The position numbers were made by a program, and so were the translations under genes. From assembly GCA_021795235.1 (NCBI GenBank), contig JAJYPP010000006.1, positions 3,333 through 67,332 on the forward strand: DNA of 64,000 bases, given 5' to 3'. Below, one piece after another: positions 10,087-19,118 of the stretch. Under the pieces are notes generated by a model, which saw nothing but the letters and a program-made list of their open reading frames with translations, was not told the DNA's origin and did not search any database. Each line of letters opens with the position of its first letter. Position 1 is the stretch's first letter. The stretch is from a bacterium. GTDB lineage: Bacteria > Chloroflexota > Dormibacteria > Aeolococcales > Bog-877.

Positions 10087-11892
10087 TCAGCTGGCGGCTG
10101 CAGCCAGTTCGCGAGCCGCGGGAAGGATCATGGCCTCAAGGGCGCTGGGCCCGACCGGTTCCGCGGACTGCCAGGCGACCACCGCGATCCTGCCGCCTCG
10201 CCGCACAGCCTCCTCGATCCAGCGCTCCTCGTGCCCGGCCAGCGCGGCCAGGAGGGGGTCGCTGGTGCCGGTCGCCAGCAGGCTCTGGTTCACCACCCAG
10301 GCCGACGGGCTGATGCCCGCCCGCAGCAGGTCCTCGTGGAGGGCGCTCGCCTCATGCACCGGGGTGGTTTCGGGGAGCGTGACCACCAGGATGGTCGTGA
10401 AGTTCGCGTCGGCCAGCCGGTCCAGCAGGGCGCTGACTTCGGGAGGGATGTTCGCAGACTGGCGGTTGACCTCCCGCTGGAAGCTGCGGGCGGTGTCCAG
10501 CAGCAGCAGGGTGTGTCCGCTGGGTGCGGTGTCGAGCACCACCACCCGGTCCGTCGCCTTGGCGACGGTGGCGGCGAAAGTGCGGAACACCGCGATCTCC
10601 TCGGTGCAGGGAGAGCGCAGATCCTCGATCAGAACATCCCGGGCGGAGTCCTCCAAACCGGCGCCGGCGGCGGCCAGCACTTCGCGGGTGTAGTCCTCGG
10701 TGGCGCTGGCGGGATCGATGCGCTCGACCACGAGGGTGGCGGGAAGGTCGCCGTCTCCGTTCAGGGCAAGGGAGAGATGAGCGGCGGGATCGGTGGTGGA
10801 GAGGGTGACGGGGACCCCTTTGCGGGCCACGGCCACCGCGATCGCTGCCGCCATGGTGGTCTTGCCGACTCCGCCCTTGCCCACAGTCATGATCAGGCCG
10901 CTTCTCTGGCGCGCGACACGGTCAACCAGGTCCGACAGCTCGAACCGCTGCGCGGGGGCCAGTGGCACTCGGGCCGGAGACTCCAGGGCCTTGGCAGTGG
11001 TCCGGGGATGCAGCAGCGCCCGCAACCCATGGACTCCCAGCGGCGGGGTGTCGGTCAGGCTGACGAAGTCAGTCGGCAGCTCCAACAGACGGGCAGGCAG
11101 ACTGGCAAGCACCTCGCGCTGGCACCGGGCGAGGGCAGCTGCGATGGCGTCTTCCGTGGAGACCCCGGGGAAGATCCCGTTGATGACGAGATGCTGGTTC
11201 CGAAGGCCCGTGGTTGCCAGCTCGGCACTGGCTCGGGCGGCCTCGGCCACAGCTCCAGCGTCTGGTCTGGTCACCAGCACCAAGGTGGTGCGCTCGCGGT
11301 CGGAGAGCACGGCGAGCGCATCCCGGTAGAGGGCGCGCTGCTGAGTCAAACCGGACAACGGCCCCACACAGGTTGCCCCGACGGTGTTGGTGTCGAGATA
11401 GCCGGTCCAGGCACCTGGCAGCGCCAACATGCGCAGGGTGTGCCCGGTGGGAGCCGTGTCGAAGACGATGTGGTCGTAGTCTCCAGGGTCGGCCAGCCAG
11501 CCGGTGAACTGGTCGAAGGCGGCGATCTCGACCGTGCAGGAGCCCGAGAGCTGCTCCTCGATGCTGGCCACCACCTCGTCCGGCAGGATCCCTCGATATG
11601 GGCCCACCACCCGCTGGCGGTAGGCTTCGGCGGCAGCCATGGGATCGATGTCCACGCCGGAGAGCCGCTCTACGCCGGCCACCGGGCGGGGGCTGGAACC
11701 CAGCTCGGTTCCCAGTACCTCGGAGAGATTGGAGGCGGGATCGGTGCTCACCAAGAGCACCTTGCCACCCCGGTCCGCCAAGCTGACTGCGACCGCACAG
11801 GAGAGGGAGGTCTTGCCGACCCCGCCCTTGCCAGTGAAGAAGAGGTTGCGGGTCGGCCGGTCCAGGATGGTCTGCAGCGCGTTCCGCGCCAT
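10087..11892 (-). CDS. arsA: Arsenite-stimulated ATPase ArsA (two-domain)
   Basis: 601 aa with duplicated P-loops (FFTGKGGVGKTS and MTVGKGGVGKTT) and DTAPTGHTLR / DTAPSGHTLLLL signal motifs in both halves. Confidence 0.9.
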   Translation of the reverse strand: MARNALQTILDRPTRNLFFTGKGGVGKTSLSCAVAVSLADRGGKVLLVSTDPASNLSEVLGTELGSSPRPVAGVERLSGVDIDPMAAAEAYRQRVVGPYRGILPDEVVASIEEQLSGSCTVEIAAFDQFTGWLADPGDYDHIVFDTAPTGHTLRMLALPGAWTGYLDTNTVGATCVGPLSGLTQQRALYRDALAVLSDRERTTLVLVTRPDAGAVAEAARASAELATTGLRNQHLVINGIFPGVSTEDAIAAALARCQREVLASLPARLLELPTDFVSLTDTPPLGVHGLRALLHPRTTAKALESPARVPLAPAQRFELSDLVDRVARQRSGLIMTVGKGGVGKTTMAAAIAVAVARKGVPVTLSTTDPAAHLSLALNGDGDLPATLVVERIDPASATEDYTREVLAAAGAGLEDSARDVLIEDLRSPCTEEIAVFRTFAATVAKATDRVVVLDTAPSGHTLLLLDTARSFQREVNRQSANIPPEVSALLDRLADANFTTILVVTLPETTPVHEASALHEDLLRAGISPSAWVVNQSLLATGTSDPLLAALAGHEERWIEEAVRRGGRIAVVAWQSAEPVGPSALEAMILPAARELAAAAS

Positions 11893-12281
11893 CAGCAGCT
11901 TCCCGTGGGGCAGCAGCCTCCGCCCGTGGGACTCGCCTCGGCGACCGGTGAGGGTGAGTACGAGAGCACGGAGACCGGGACACGGGCCAGCACGACCAGC
12001 TCATCTCGGGTGGGGTAGACGCCCTCACGCACGATCTGGCCATCGACGAGAGTCAATGGCAGGCAGCTCTGCCCCTTGGTGGCCAGCGCCTCACGCACCA
12101 CGGTCCGCTCAGCGAAGGCACCTGGCTCCTGCCCGAGGTTGAAACGCTCCACCTTGAGGCCGTGCCTTGAGAGCCATTCCACATCGCCCGCGAAGCGGGC
12201 CAGCGCCGGATCCACTGCGGGGCCGCACACCCCCGTGGAGCAGCACATGGCCGGGTCGAACACTTCCACAGACTTGATCAT
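11892..12281 (-). CDS. arsD: Arsenic metallochaperone / repressor ArsD
   Basis: MIKSVEVFDPAMCCSTGVCGP... is the ArsD N-terminal Cys motif. ATG at 12281. The stop overlaps the arsA start. The upstream portion of the 257-aa ORF is an out-of-frame shadow of arsR. Confidence 0.85.
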   Translation of the reverse strand: MIKSVEVFDPAMCCSTGVCGPAVDPALARFAGDVEWLSRHGLKVERFNLGQEPGAFAERTVVREALATKGQSCLPLTLVDGQIVREGVYPTRDELVVLARVPVSVLSYSPSPVAEASPTGGGCCPTGSC

Positions 12282-12312
12282 CTGGTCGCCTCCAACTGGT
12301 TTGAACACCTGG

Positions 12313-12735
12313 TCATCGTGGAACCGTCTCCAATTCGGCCGAGACACTGGTGCCAGCCAGCGCCTGGGCAAGCTCGATGAACTGGAGCAGTCGCTCCGGC
12401 CTGGCGCAGTAGCAGACCCGAGGCCCGTCGATATCGCCCTGGACCAGACCGGCCTCGCGCAGGATCCGCAGGTGCTCGGAGACCGTCGACTGGGCGAGCG
12501 GGAGTGCCGCCACCAGCTCCCCACAGAAGCAGGCGCGCTGTTCGAGCAGAGTCCGGAGGATCTGCACCCGGATCGGACTGCTGAGGGCTTTGGCGACGGT
12601 CGCCAGCTCACCGTCGTCGGGAGTAGCGGCAGACGGCCGGCTGAGCGCGGCTGGCGGGGCCACACATGAACACGGTGGTGGGGACTTATCGTCCATCGCC
12701 GTTAGACGATACGCGGGCTCCATTCCCGCTGTCAA
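12313..12735 (-). CDS. arsR: ArsR/SmtB-family metalloregulator
   Basis: PIRVQILRTLLEQRACFCGELVAALPLAQSTVSEHLRILREAGLV carries the CxC metal site plus a winged HTH. Start is ambiguous (TTG 12735, ATG 12723 or ATG 12696). Confidence 0.85.
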   Translation of the reverse strand: MTAGMEPAYRLTAMDDKSPPPCSCVAPPAALSRPSAATPDDGELATVAKALSSPIRVQILRTLLEQRACFCGELVAALPLAQSTVSEHLRILREAGLVQGDIDGPRVCYCARPERLLQFIELAQALAGTSVSAELETVPR

Positions 12736-13270
12736 CCGCGAATCCCGCCGGGCTCCTGGGAGCGGGAATCAGGGCTGGGCCCTACATCTGGTTCAGCCAG
12801 CTGGCCGCCGATCCTGGGCTACAAGTTGGTCTGTGATACGACCCGTCAGCGGTGGACTCGACCAGCAAGGAACGGGCCCCCAGACCCTGCTTCCTGGCCC
12901 GTCTCCGGAGGCTGGTCGAAGACCAAGACGACTGTACCCCTCCCTGCCCTCGGACCCTGTGAGCGCTGCGGTGCGGGACACTGGGTGGGTTGGGGCCGCA
13001 GCCGATCTCGCAAGCCGGCGCAGCCCCATGGCGGCCCCGATCACCGGAAGCGGGGGGGCCTGGTGCGCGGGACCACCTCTGGCAGGCACACAGACCTGGT
13101 CTTCTGGCACTCCCGGCGAGGGACGGGACCCTCCGTGACCCACCTCTCAGACTTGAACGGGCCCCCCGGAGGGGTTTGCGCCGGCGTCGGCGCGGATGAA
13201 CCCGCCGTGGAGGTCGGTCAGGTGGGCACCGGGATTCCCGCTGTCCGCTCGACCGGAGTCTTGGTACCAG

Positions 13271-14824
13271 TCAGCTGGGGCTTCTCTGTCCGCTCGCCGC
13301 TCCCATAACCTGTCCACCTCCACCGGTCACTTGCGGTTGGGCAAACTCGGCCCTGATGTCTTCCTCTGCGCGGGGCGAAGGTGGTGTGAAGAGTTCGATT
13401 ACCGCTCCGGCGAGCATCAGCGCCTGACCGAGAATGAACATGATCTCACCGACAGTGTTGGGTGCCCAGTTCGCCCGGTGTCCCGGGGTCGTGAATATCC
13501 ACAAGCCCATGCCGACCAGGGTCACGACCATGCCTGCGATGATCACCCGGGCCATCCACTGCCTAAGCGTCACACCCACCTTCGAAAGGTCACCGCCACA
13601 GAGCTCTGCTGCCAGCAGGAACACAGCGATGATCGGAAGTGAGCAGAAAACGAACAGCAGATGACTCCGTGTGAAGATCTGGTCATCGATGACATGCGAT
13701 GCAGACAAGGTAGCACCGAAGCCGAACTTCGTTTCGTTCATCTCGATGTAGTAGCCGTATAGGAACATTGCAGCCGTTGCCATCAAGTAGGTGAGGTAGA
13801 CGCCCAGACGGACGGGGTTAAGGCGCCGCCTTGCGGTTCCGGACAGTCTCAGGAAGCTGCCTCGCAGTTCGGGTAGCATGGCCGCCGCTAGGACCAAACT
13901 TCCGAGCCCTACGAGTCCGGTCATAGTGTCATCCATGGCGATGCCGTTGACGCCGCCGGGTCCGGAGGGGAACCAGGCCGGAATGACAAACGTACCGACT
14001 CCGGATACAGCGTAGATCCCGGAGTACAGGCCAATCCCGCCGAGCATGACGCCGACGCCGCTCCGGGCGACCAGCTTTCGCACACCAGCCAGCTTGGAGT
14101 AGCCGAATGCCTCGGCTGCCAGAAGCACGATTGCAGCCATGAACGAGGGCAGCATTCCGTGCGAGTGGGAGGTGATGATGTTGCCCACCAGGGCGGCAGT
14201 AGACTCGTGTTGCGCCCCCGCCCAGAAGCTCCAACTGATTCCCACCTGGGAGGCGGCAGCAGCCAGTCCGAACACCACCCAAGTGATGACGGAGACGCCC
14301 GCGAAGAAGAGCACCCAAGTGATTTCGGCCTTTTGGGGAGACATAGGCTGCCCCTGCGGAGGAATCAGTGCGGAATAGGCCAGGTCAATCACGAACAGGA
14401 TCGTTACTGCGGTCAGCTCCAGTGTCGCTGGCATGATGACCCAAAATCCGAAAGCTGTGAGCGACGACACATGGTGAAGCGTTCCGTAGCCAAGAATCAG
14501 GAAGCCAATGCCCTCGAACAGAGCTATGAGGGCACTGTGCGAAACTATGTACTTTACCCAAGAGTGGAAGACGAAGACCCTCGTGCATAGAATGAGGAAG
14601 AGCAGTGCCACTGGCAGCATCAAGGCGTGGTAGAACCAGATCAGCGGTGCCGTGAGGTCCCCGTTGGCGCCCGGCGCAAGCCACGGCACCGTTACGAAGC
14701 TCAGGACCGCGACTACCACGATCCATGCAACGAGGATTCTGACCATCATGGGTGAGAAGTCGAAGAGCTTGGCGCGCAAGGCACGATCTGCTCCGGCTTC
14801 ACTTGGTCGTGTGATAGTCGCCAT
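13271..14824 (-). CDS. Polytopic (~12 TM by eye) His-bearing membrane protein, family not recognised
   Basis: 517-aa ORF of alternating hydrophobic helices. His residues in predicted TM2 (FYHAL), TM3, TM6 (TSHSHGML) and TM10 (TRSHLLF). Lies 65 nt downstream of ctaB on the same strand. Low GC, like ctaB. Confidence 0.6.
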   Translation of the reverse strand: MATITRPSEAGADRALRAKLFDFSPMMVRILVAWIVVVAVLSFVTVPWLAPGANGDLTAPLIWFYHALMLPVALLFLILCTRVFVFHSWVKYIVSHSALIALFEGIGFLILGYGTLHHVSSLTAFGFWVIMPATLELTAVTILFVIDLAYSALIPPQGQPMSPQKAEITWVLFFAGVSVITWVVFGLAAAASQVGISWSFWAGAQHESTAALVGNIITSHSHGMLPSFMAAIVLLAAEAFGYSKLAGVRKLVARSGVGVMLGGIGLYSGIYAVSGVGTFVIPAWFPSGPGGVNGIAMDDTMTGLVGLGSLVLAAAMLPELRGSFLRLSGTARRRLNPVRLGVYLTYLMATAAMFLYGYYIEMNETKFGFGATLSASHVIDDQIFTRSHLLFVFCSLPIIAVFLLAAELCGGDLSKVGVTLRQWMARVIIAGMVVTLVGMGLWIFTTPGHRANWAPNTVGEIMFILGQALMLAGAVIELFTPPSPRAEEDIRAEFAQPQVTGGGGQVMGAASGQRSPS

Positions 14825-14889
14825 GTCTTACCCCTCCTGCGGCTTGGCTACCAGTAGTTGGCCCTGATAACCTGGGTCACGAACTCGCC

Positions 14890-15834
14890 TCACACCGCGC
14901 ATCCAACTGCTGCAAGGAGTACGAGGACGAGATAGACCGTGATGACACGAGTGAAGAGCGGTGTCAGCTGTTCGTGCCACGGCATGAGCGTGGCTCCAGC
15001 GGCAATGAGAAGAGACAGCGCCCCGATTGGCACTGCCAGCCATCCTGCCGCGGGACCACCCAGGACAAGGAGCGAGGCGACCGCCAGCACGCCCATGGCA
15101 CCGGTCGAGACCAACGAAGTGACCGCGAGTCGGGACCGAGACCACACCAACGGTGCCATCGGAATGTTCCCACTTGCATAGTCGGCGCGGTAGCGTAGGG
15201 CGATGGCCCAGATATGCACAGGAACCCACACCGCCACCATGGCACCGAGCAGCCAGGCCGGCTCCGAGATCGGTTCATGCACCGCTGCGTAGCCGGCCCA
15301 GAGGGCCAGTGGTCCAACGGCGGCGCCGAGGACGATGCTCCAAGGCGTGTGGCGCTTGGTAAGGAGGCTGTAGACCACCACATTGTTGAATAGAGCGAAT
15401 GCAAGGAAGAGGAACGGTATTGTGCCCAAGACGGCTGCCAGTAACAGCCCCGTACCGGTAAGAACAGCACCCAGTACTGCTGCGCTGCGCAGGGGGATCC
15501 GTCCACACGGGAGCGGGCGCCCCGCGGTGCGGGGCATGAGGGCATCTATGTCGCGGTCGAGGATATTCGTCCAGCACTCGGCCCCTGCGCTGAGGAGTGC
15601 GACCGCGGCTGCCACGGCAATTGCAGGCGTGACGGGGAATGGGCCGGAGTGAGTCCATCCGAGTGTGACTCCGGTCAGCGCCACAAGGACGAATGTCACG
15701 TCGATGTGCGGTTTCACGAACAGCAGGAATGTCCGCGCCGGAATACGCGACTTTCGTGGGGGGAGCACCTGGGTTCCAACCAGCGCCGCAGAGTGCTCCG
15801 TCCTGATTGCTGCGGGCCTTTGATCTAGGACCAT
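14890..15834 (-). CDS. ctaB: Protoheme IX farnesyltransferase (heme O synthase)
   Basis: NILDRDIDALMPRTAGRPLPCGRI and RADYASGNIPMAPLV match the two Asp-rich motifs of CtaB/CyoE-type UbiA prenyltransferases. ATG 15834 preferred over the ORF maximum at 16032. Confidence 0.85.
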   Translation of the reverse strand: MVLDQRPAAIRTEHSAALVGTQVLPPRKSRIPARTFLLFVKPHIDVTFVLVALTGVTLGWTHSGPFPVTPAIAVAAAVALLSAGAECWTNILDRDIDALMPRTAGRPLPCGRIPLRSAAVLGAVLTGTGLLLAAVLGTIPFLFLAFALFNNVVVYSLLTKRHTPWSIVLGAAVGPLALWAGYAAVHEPISEPAWLLGAMVAVWVPVHIWAIALRYRADYASGNIPMAPLVWSRSRLAVTSLVSTGAMGVLAVASLLVLGGPAAGWLAVPIGALSLLIAAGATLMPWHEQLTPLFTRVITVYLVLVLLAAVGCAV

Positions 15835-16121
15835 CGCATTGAACCCACTTGGTTTTGCTAGAGAGCTCTTCGTATAGGGTGGGATACCGAGCCGATCTCC
15901 ACTAGCTGGTTGCCGCGCATCTGTGATCATTCTGCAGGGGAGCCCTTGTTCCCTCCCACTGGCGTGCCCCAGACTCACCTGACCAAGACCCAGGTTACGT
16001 GCCCTTCGCCGTGTGATGTACAGTGTTTCCACTCATTACTCGCGACAGATCCACTAAGCCTGAATCCACGGACCGGGGAAGGAGCGGGGGCGCTGGACGG
16101 TGGTGAGCCTGCGAAAGCGTG

Positions 16122-16412
16122 GGAATGGCATGGGATATGAGGCGGATCTGGGCGGGCGCACCTCAAGCGCGTGGCTCCGTGCGCAGTTGTTGGGGAAGTT
16201 GCGGTGACCGACCTGCTGAGTTGACGGGAACTCAGTAGAGATGTCGCCTTCTCCGAACAGGAGGTGGATGAGTTCGGGTTCCGCGGACTGCTCCGTGGCG
16301 GGTGCTCACCATCGACCAGCTGCTGGTGCTTGAGATGGACGACATTCGCCGGAAGAGCGAGGGCCTAGCGAGTCGCTTCGACCTGGCCGCGCTGCAGGGC
16401 CGCAACGAATCC
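16122..16412 (+). pseudogene. Decayed duplicate of the malic enzyme 5' end (including upstream leader)
   Basis: Aligns by eye with 7762-8052 (for example ...ccttctccgaacaggag...ccgcggactgct(a)ccgtggcgggtgctcaccatcgaccagc...cgcaacgaatcc). Contains an in-frame TAG and a 1-nt deletion. Translation LTIDQLLVLEMDDIRRKSEG..LAALQGRNES compares with LTIDQQVVLEMEHIRRKGED..LAALQDRNES. Confidence 0.7.
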
Positions 16413-16587
16413 AGACCACCGAACATAGTGAGGGCGGAGCACAGGCGCACAGAGGAGCCAGTTCATCCCTCCGTCGCTTGCCCCACCGGCCCCACCCCGG
16501 CAGTGCAAAATGTAGGCGAGCGCCACGCGTCCCGTTGATGGGGTTGCCAAGTTCAGGAGCGTTCTCTGGCAGCCAGCCCGAGGTCGC

Positions 16588-17790
16588 TCACTGCCAGATG
16601 GCTTGGCTGCTATCGATGTCGTAGAAGTGAAGTCTGTTGGTGTCCACCGCCAGCGCGACATCGTCCCCCACAGCCACGGTGGTGCGCGGGCCCAGCCGGG
16701 CTATTCCAGCGGCCGTGCGGCCGTTCCGCCCTCCCAGAACCGGCTCCGGCAGGTCGCTCCCCCCGGGTGCATCGCTGACGCCCTCGGCCAGCACGCGCCG
16801 GCCCTCGGTGGAGAAATGGACGACCAGCTCGCTGCCCAGGGCCTCGACCAGCTCCACCTTCGCGTGCAGCGTCGCTCCCCGTGCCGGCTCTCCTTGAGGT
16901 CTGAGGTGGGACAGATCCTCGGGGCGGATTCCCACAACCAGGTTCCTGCCCTTGTAGGCCAGCAGGCCGGGCCGTGCGGTGAGCTGGGCCGGGTCGAGTG
17001 AGAGTAGTTGATCACCGATCTTCACGGAAACGTTCCCCTCGCTCTCCACCAGCTGGCACTCGTAGAGGTTCATCGCGGGAGAGCCGATGAAGCCGGCGAC
17101 GAAAAGGTTAACGGGCCGGTCGTAGAGCTCCTGGGGCGGAGCACACTGTTCAAGAACTCCTCCGTGCAGCACCCCTACCCGGTCACCCATGGTCATCGCC
17201 TCGGTCTGGTCGTGGGTGACGTAGAGAGTGGCGACTCCGATGTGCCTCTGGATTCTCGAAACCTCTGCGCGCATCTGGACTCTCAACTTGGCGTCCAGGT
17301 TGGAGAGAGGCTCGTCCATCAGGAAGGCGGCTGGCTCACGGACGATGGCCCGACCCATGGCCACCCTTTGCCGCTGGCCGCCGGAGAGCTGACCGGGCCG
17401 AAGCCCCAGCACCTCTGTCAAGCCAAGAATCTCGGCCGCCTCGTCCACCTTCCGCTTGATCTCGGCCTTGTCAAGTTTGCGCATCTTGAGTGCGAATCCG
17501 ATGTTGGCCGCCACGGTCATGTGCGGATAGAGGGCGTAGTTCTGGAAAACCATCGCGATGTCGTGATCTTTGGCGGAAACCTCGTTCATCCGGCGGGTGC
17601 CGATGTACACCGACCCGGAGGTGATGTCCTCCAGCCCGGCCACCATCCGCAAGGCGGTTGTCTTCCCGCATCCCGAGGGGCCGACGAAGACCATGAATTC
17701 GCCCTCCCCCACCTCGATGCTGAGATCCGAGACGGCTCTGACGCCCGTGGGGTACACCTTGGTCAGCTTGTCGAGGGTGATCGTCGCCAT
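16588..17790 (-). CDS. Carbohydrate ABC transporter ATP-binding protein (MalK/UgpC/MsiK type)
   Basis: GPSGCGKTT Walker A, LSGGQRQRVAMGRA signature, FLMDEPLSNLD Walker B, and a C-terminal TOBE-like regulatory domain. No adjacent permease. Confidence 0.9.
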   Translation of the reverse strand: MATITLDKLTKVYPTGVRAVSDLSIEVGEGEFMVFVGPSGCGKTTALRMVAGLEDITSGSVYIGTRRMNEVSAKDHDIAMVFQNYALYPHMTVAANIGFALKMRKLDKAEIKRKVDEAAEILGLTEVLGLRPGQLSGGQRQRVAMGRAIVREPAAFLMDEPLSNLDAKLRVQMRAEVSRIQRHIGVATLYVTHDQTEAMTMGDRVGVLHGGVLEQCAPPQELYDRPVNLFVAGFIGSPAMNLYECQLVESEGNVSVKIGDQLLSLDPAQLTARPGLLAYKGRNLVVGIRPEDLSHLRPQGEPARGATLHAKVELVEALGSELVVHFSTEGRRVLAEGVSDAPGGSDLPEPVLGGRNGRTAAGIARLGPRTTVAVGDDVALAVDTNRLHFYDIDSSQAIWQ

Positions 17791-18472
17791 GCCAACCCTC
17801 CAGTCGTATGGCTCATGTGGGCGTCGGCTGCCTTTGCCGGGAGAGGGCCTTGGCCGATCGGCTCAGGGCGAGGATATGATGTCACGACGCTGCCCTCAGG
17901 TAGAACCGTGCAGGGCTCGGTGTTCGGTTCGGCCCTCGCGACCCCTGCCTGCCGTCGCGCCGTCCAGGATCCCTGAGCCGACCTTTGCCGGGCGCCATCT
18001 TCTCCGGCAGGGGGCCACCCGGTGGCGGCCCAGCACTCCGAGGCAGCTGCTTGAACCTGCTTGGCCGGCGGTCGGCATCCGGAACCTGAACAGCCACGCG
18101 TTCACGGATCTGGCTGCGCCGGCAACATCATCCTCAAGGCGAAGTGGTCGCCCCCTGACATGAGCTGCCCGGAGCGCCGGCAGCACCGGGCTGTCGAGGG
18201 GCTGGCCAGGGTGCGGCTCTGGCCGCCCGCGAAGAAGGACAGCGGGGCCCGGGCCAGAATCCGGATGGCGCGGGTGTTCGGTGGGGGGGGCGAGCCGGTG
18301 AGCGGGATTGGAGTGGCGTTGACCGGGGCTGCAAGCGGCGGTCCCTGGCCGCCTGGACGGTCGCGCCAGGCTTGCCCGGCAAGCCGCTCGAGATCCTGCT
18401 GTTGGGTACCATCCCGGTCCGCCGACCCACCGAGGATCACCTGTGGTGGCGGTGCATGTCAGCGCGGCGGCT

Positions 18473-19105
18473 TCACGCTCCCCGGAGAACCGCGTACCAA
18501 AGGCGGTCGGCGACCGCGACCACGTGATCAGCGACCCTTGCGTAACGTCGGTAGAGATCCTGGGCCGCGATCACCGTACGGACTTCGGAAGCGTCCAGCA
18601 GCCCGGTCATGGCCTCGCGATAGCGATGCTCGACCTCGCGCACTGAGGCGGTGGATGCGTCGGCCTGGAGGCCGGCGCCATTCAGGTCATGGGCCAGCAT
18701 TCCGAAGGCGGTGACCAGGGCCGCCGTGCCCTCGGCGAGGTGCTGGCCCATGGCCTTGGCGTGTGAGTCGGGCACCCAACCCAGCACCTCTGCCTCACGG
18801 ACGGCGTCCTTCGCCTCGGTGATGACCCGGTCCAGCCGCTCAGACAAGATGTAGAGGTCCTCCTGGTCCAGAGGGGTGGAGAGGGCTGTCTGCAGCGCGG
18901 CCAGAAGATCTCGCCGGGCCTGGTAGGCCTGGACCCGACAGCGACGGACCTCGGCCGAGTCGGTGGGCGAACCTGAGGCGGACCACTGCGCAAAGTGGGC
19001 CAGCCCCTCCTGGGTCAGCTTCCCCTGGGCGACCAGGAGGGAAAGGACGTCGGCCCCGGGGCCCGGCAGCAGGGTGTGCCACCATCGCCGGCCGGGGATC
19101 CTCAC
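18473..19105 (-). CDS. DUF47-family (PhoU-like) protein associated with PiT
   Basis: Helical protein following the PiT gene. GTG at 19105 lies 14 nt after the PiT stop and is preferred over the overlapping ATG at 19180. Family call rests on context and the helical repeat pattern. Confidence 0.6.
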   Translation of the reverse strand: MRIPGRRWWHTLLPGPGADVLSLLVAQGKLTQEGLAHFAQWSASGSPTDSAEVRRCRVQAYQARRDLLAALQTALSTPLDQEDLYILSERLDRVITEAKDAVREAEVLGWVPDSHAKAMGQHLAEGTAALVTAFGMLAHDLNGAGLQADASTASVREVEHRYREAMTGLLDASEVRTVIAAQDLYRRYARVADHVVAVADRLWYAVLRGA

Positions 19106-19118
19106 ATCCGCTCCCGGT

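Noticed and set aside
10231-12018. 595-aa ORF antisense to arsA. Similar very long antisense or out-of-frame ORFs occur at 5953-7527, 21890-23236, 30018-31478, 31298-32497, 41338-42930, 44830-46275, 52502-54985 and 57879-59363.
   Set aside because: Their translations are Arg/Gly/Pro/Ala-rich low-complexity strings with no motifs. They overlap genes with clear family signatures on the other strand or in another frame. This is the expected stop-codon-poor artefact of ~70% GC DNA.
11892-12665. 257-aa ORF that looks like an ArsR-ArsD fusion.
   Set aside because: Only the last 129 codons (from ATG 12281) are ArsD. The upstream part overlaps arsR in a different frame (offset not divisible by 3) and is not protein-like.
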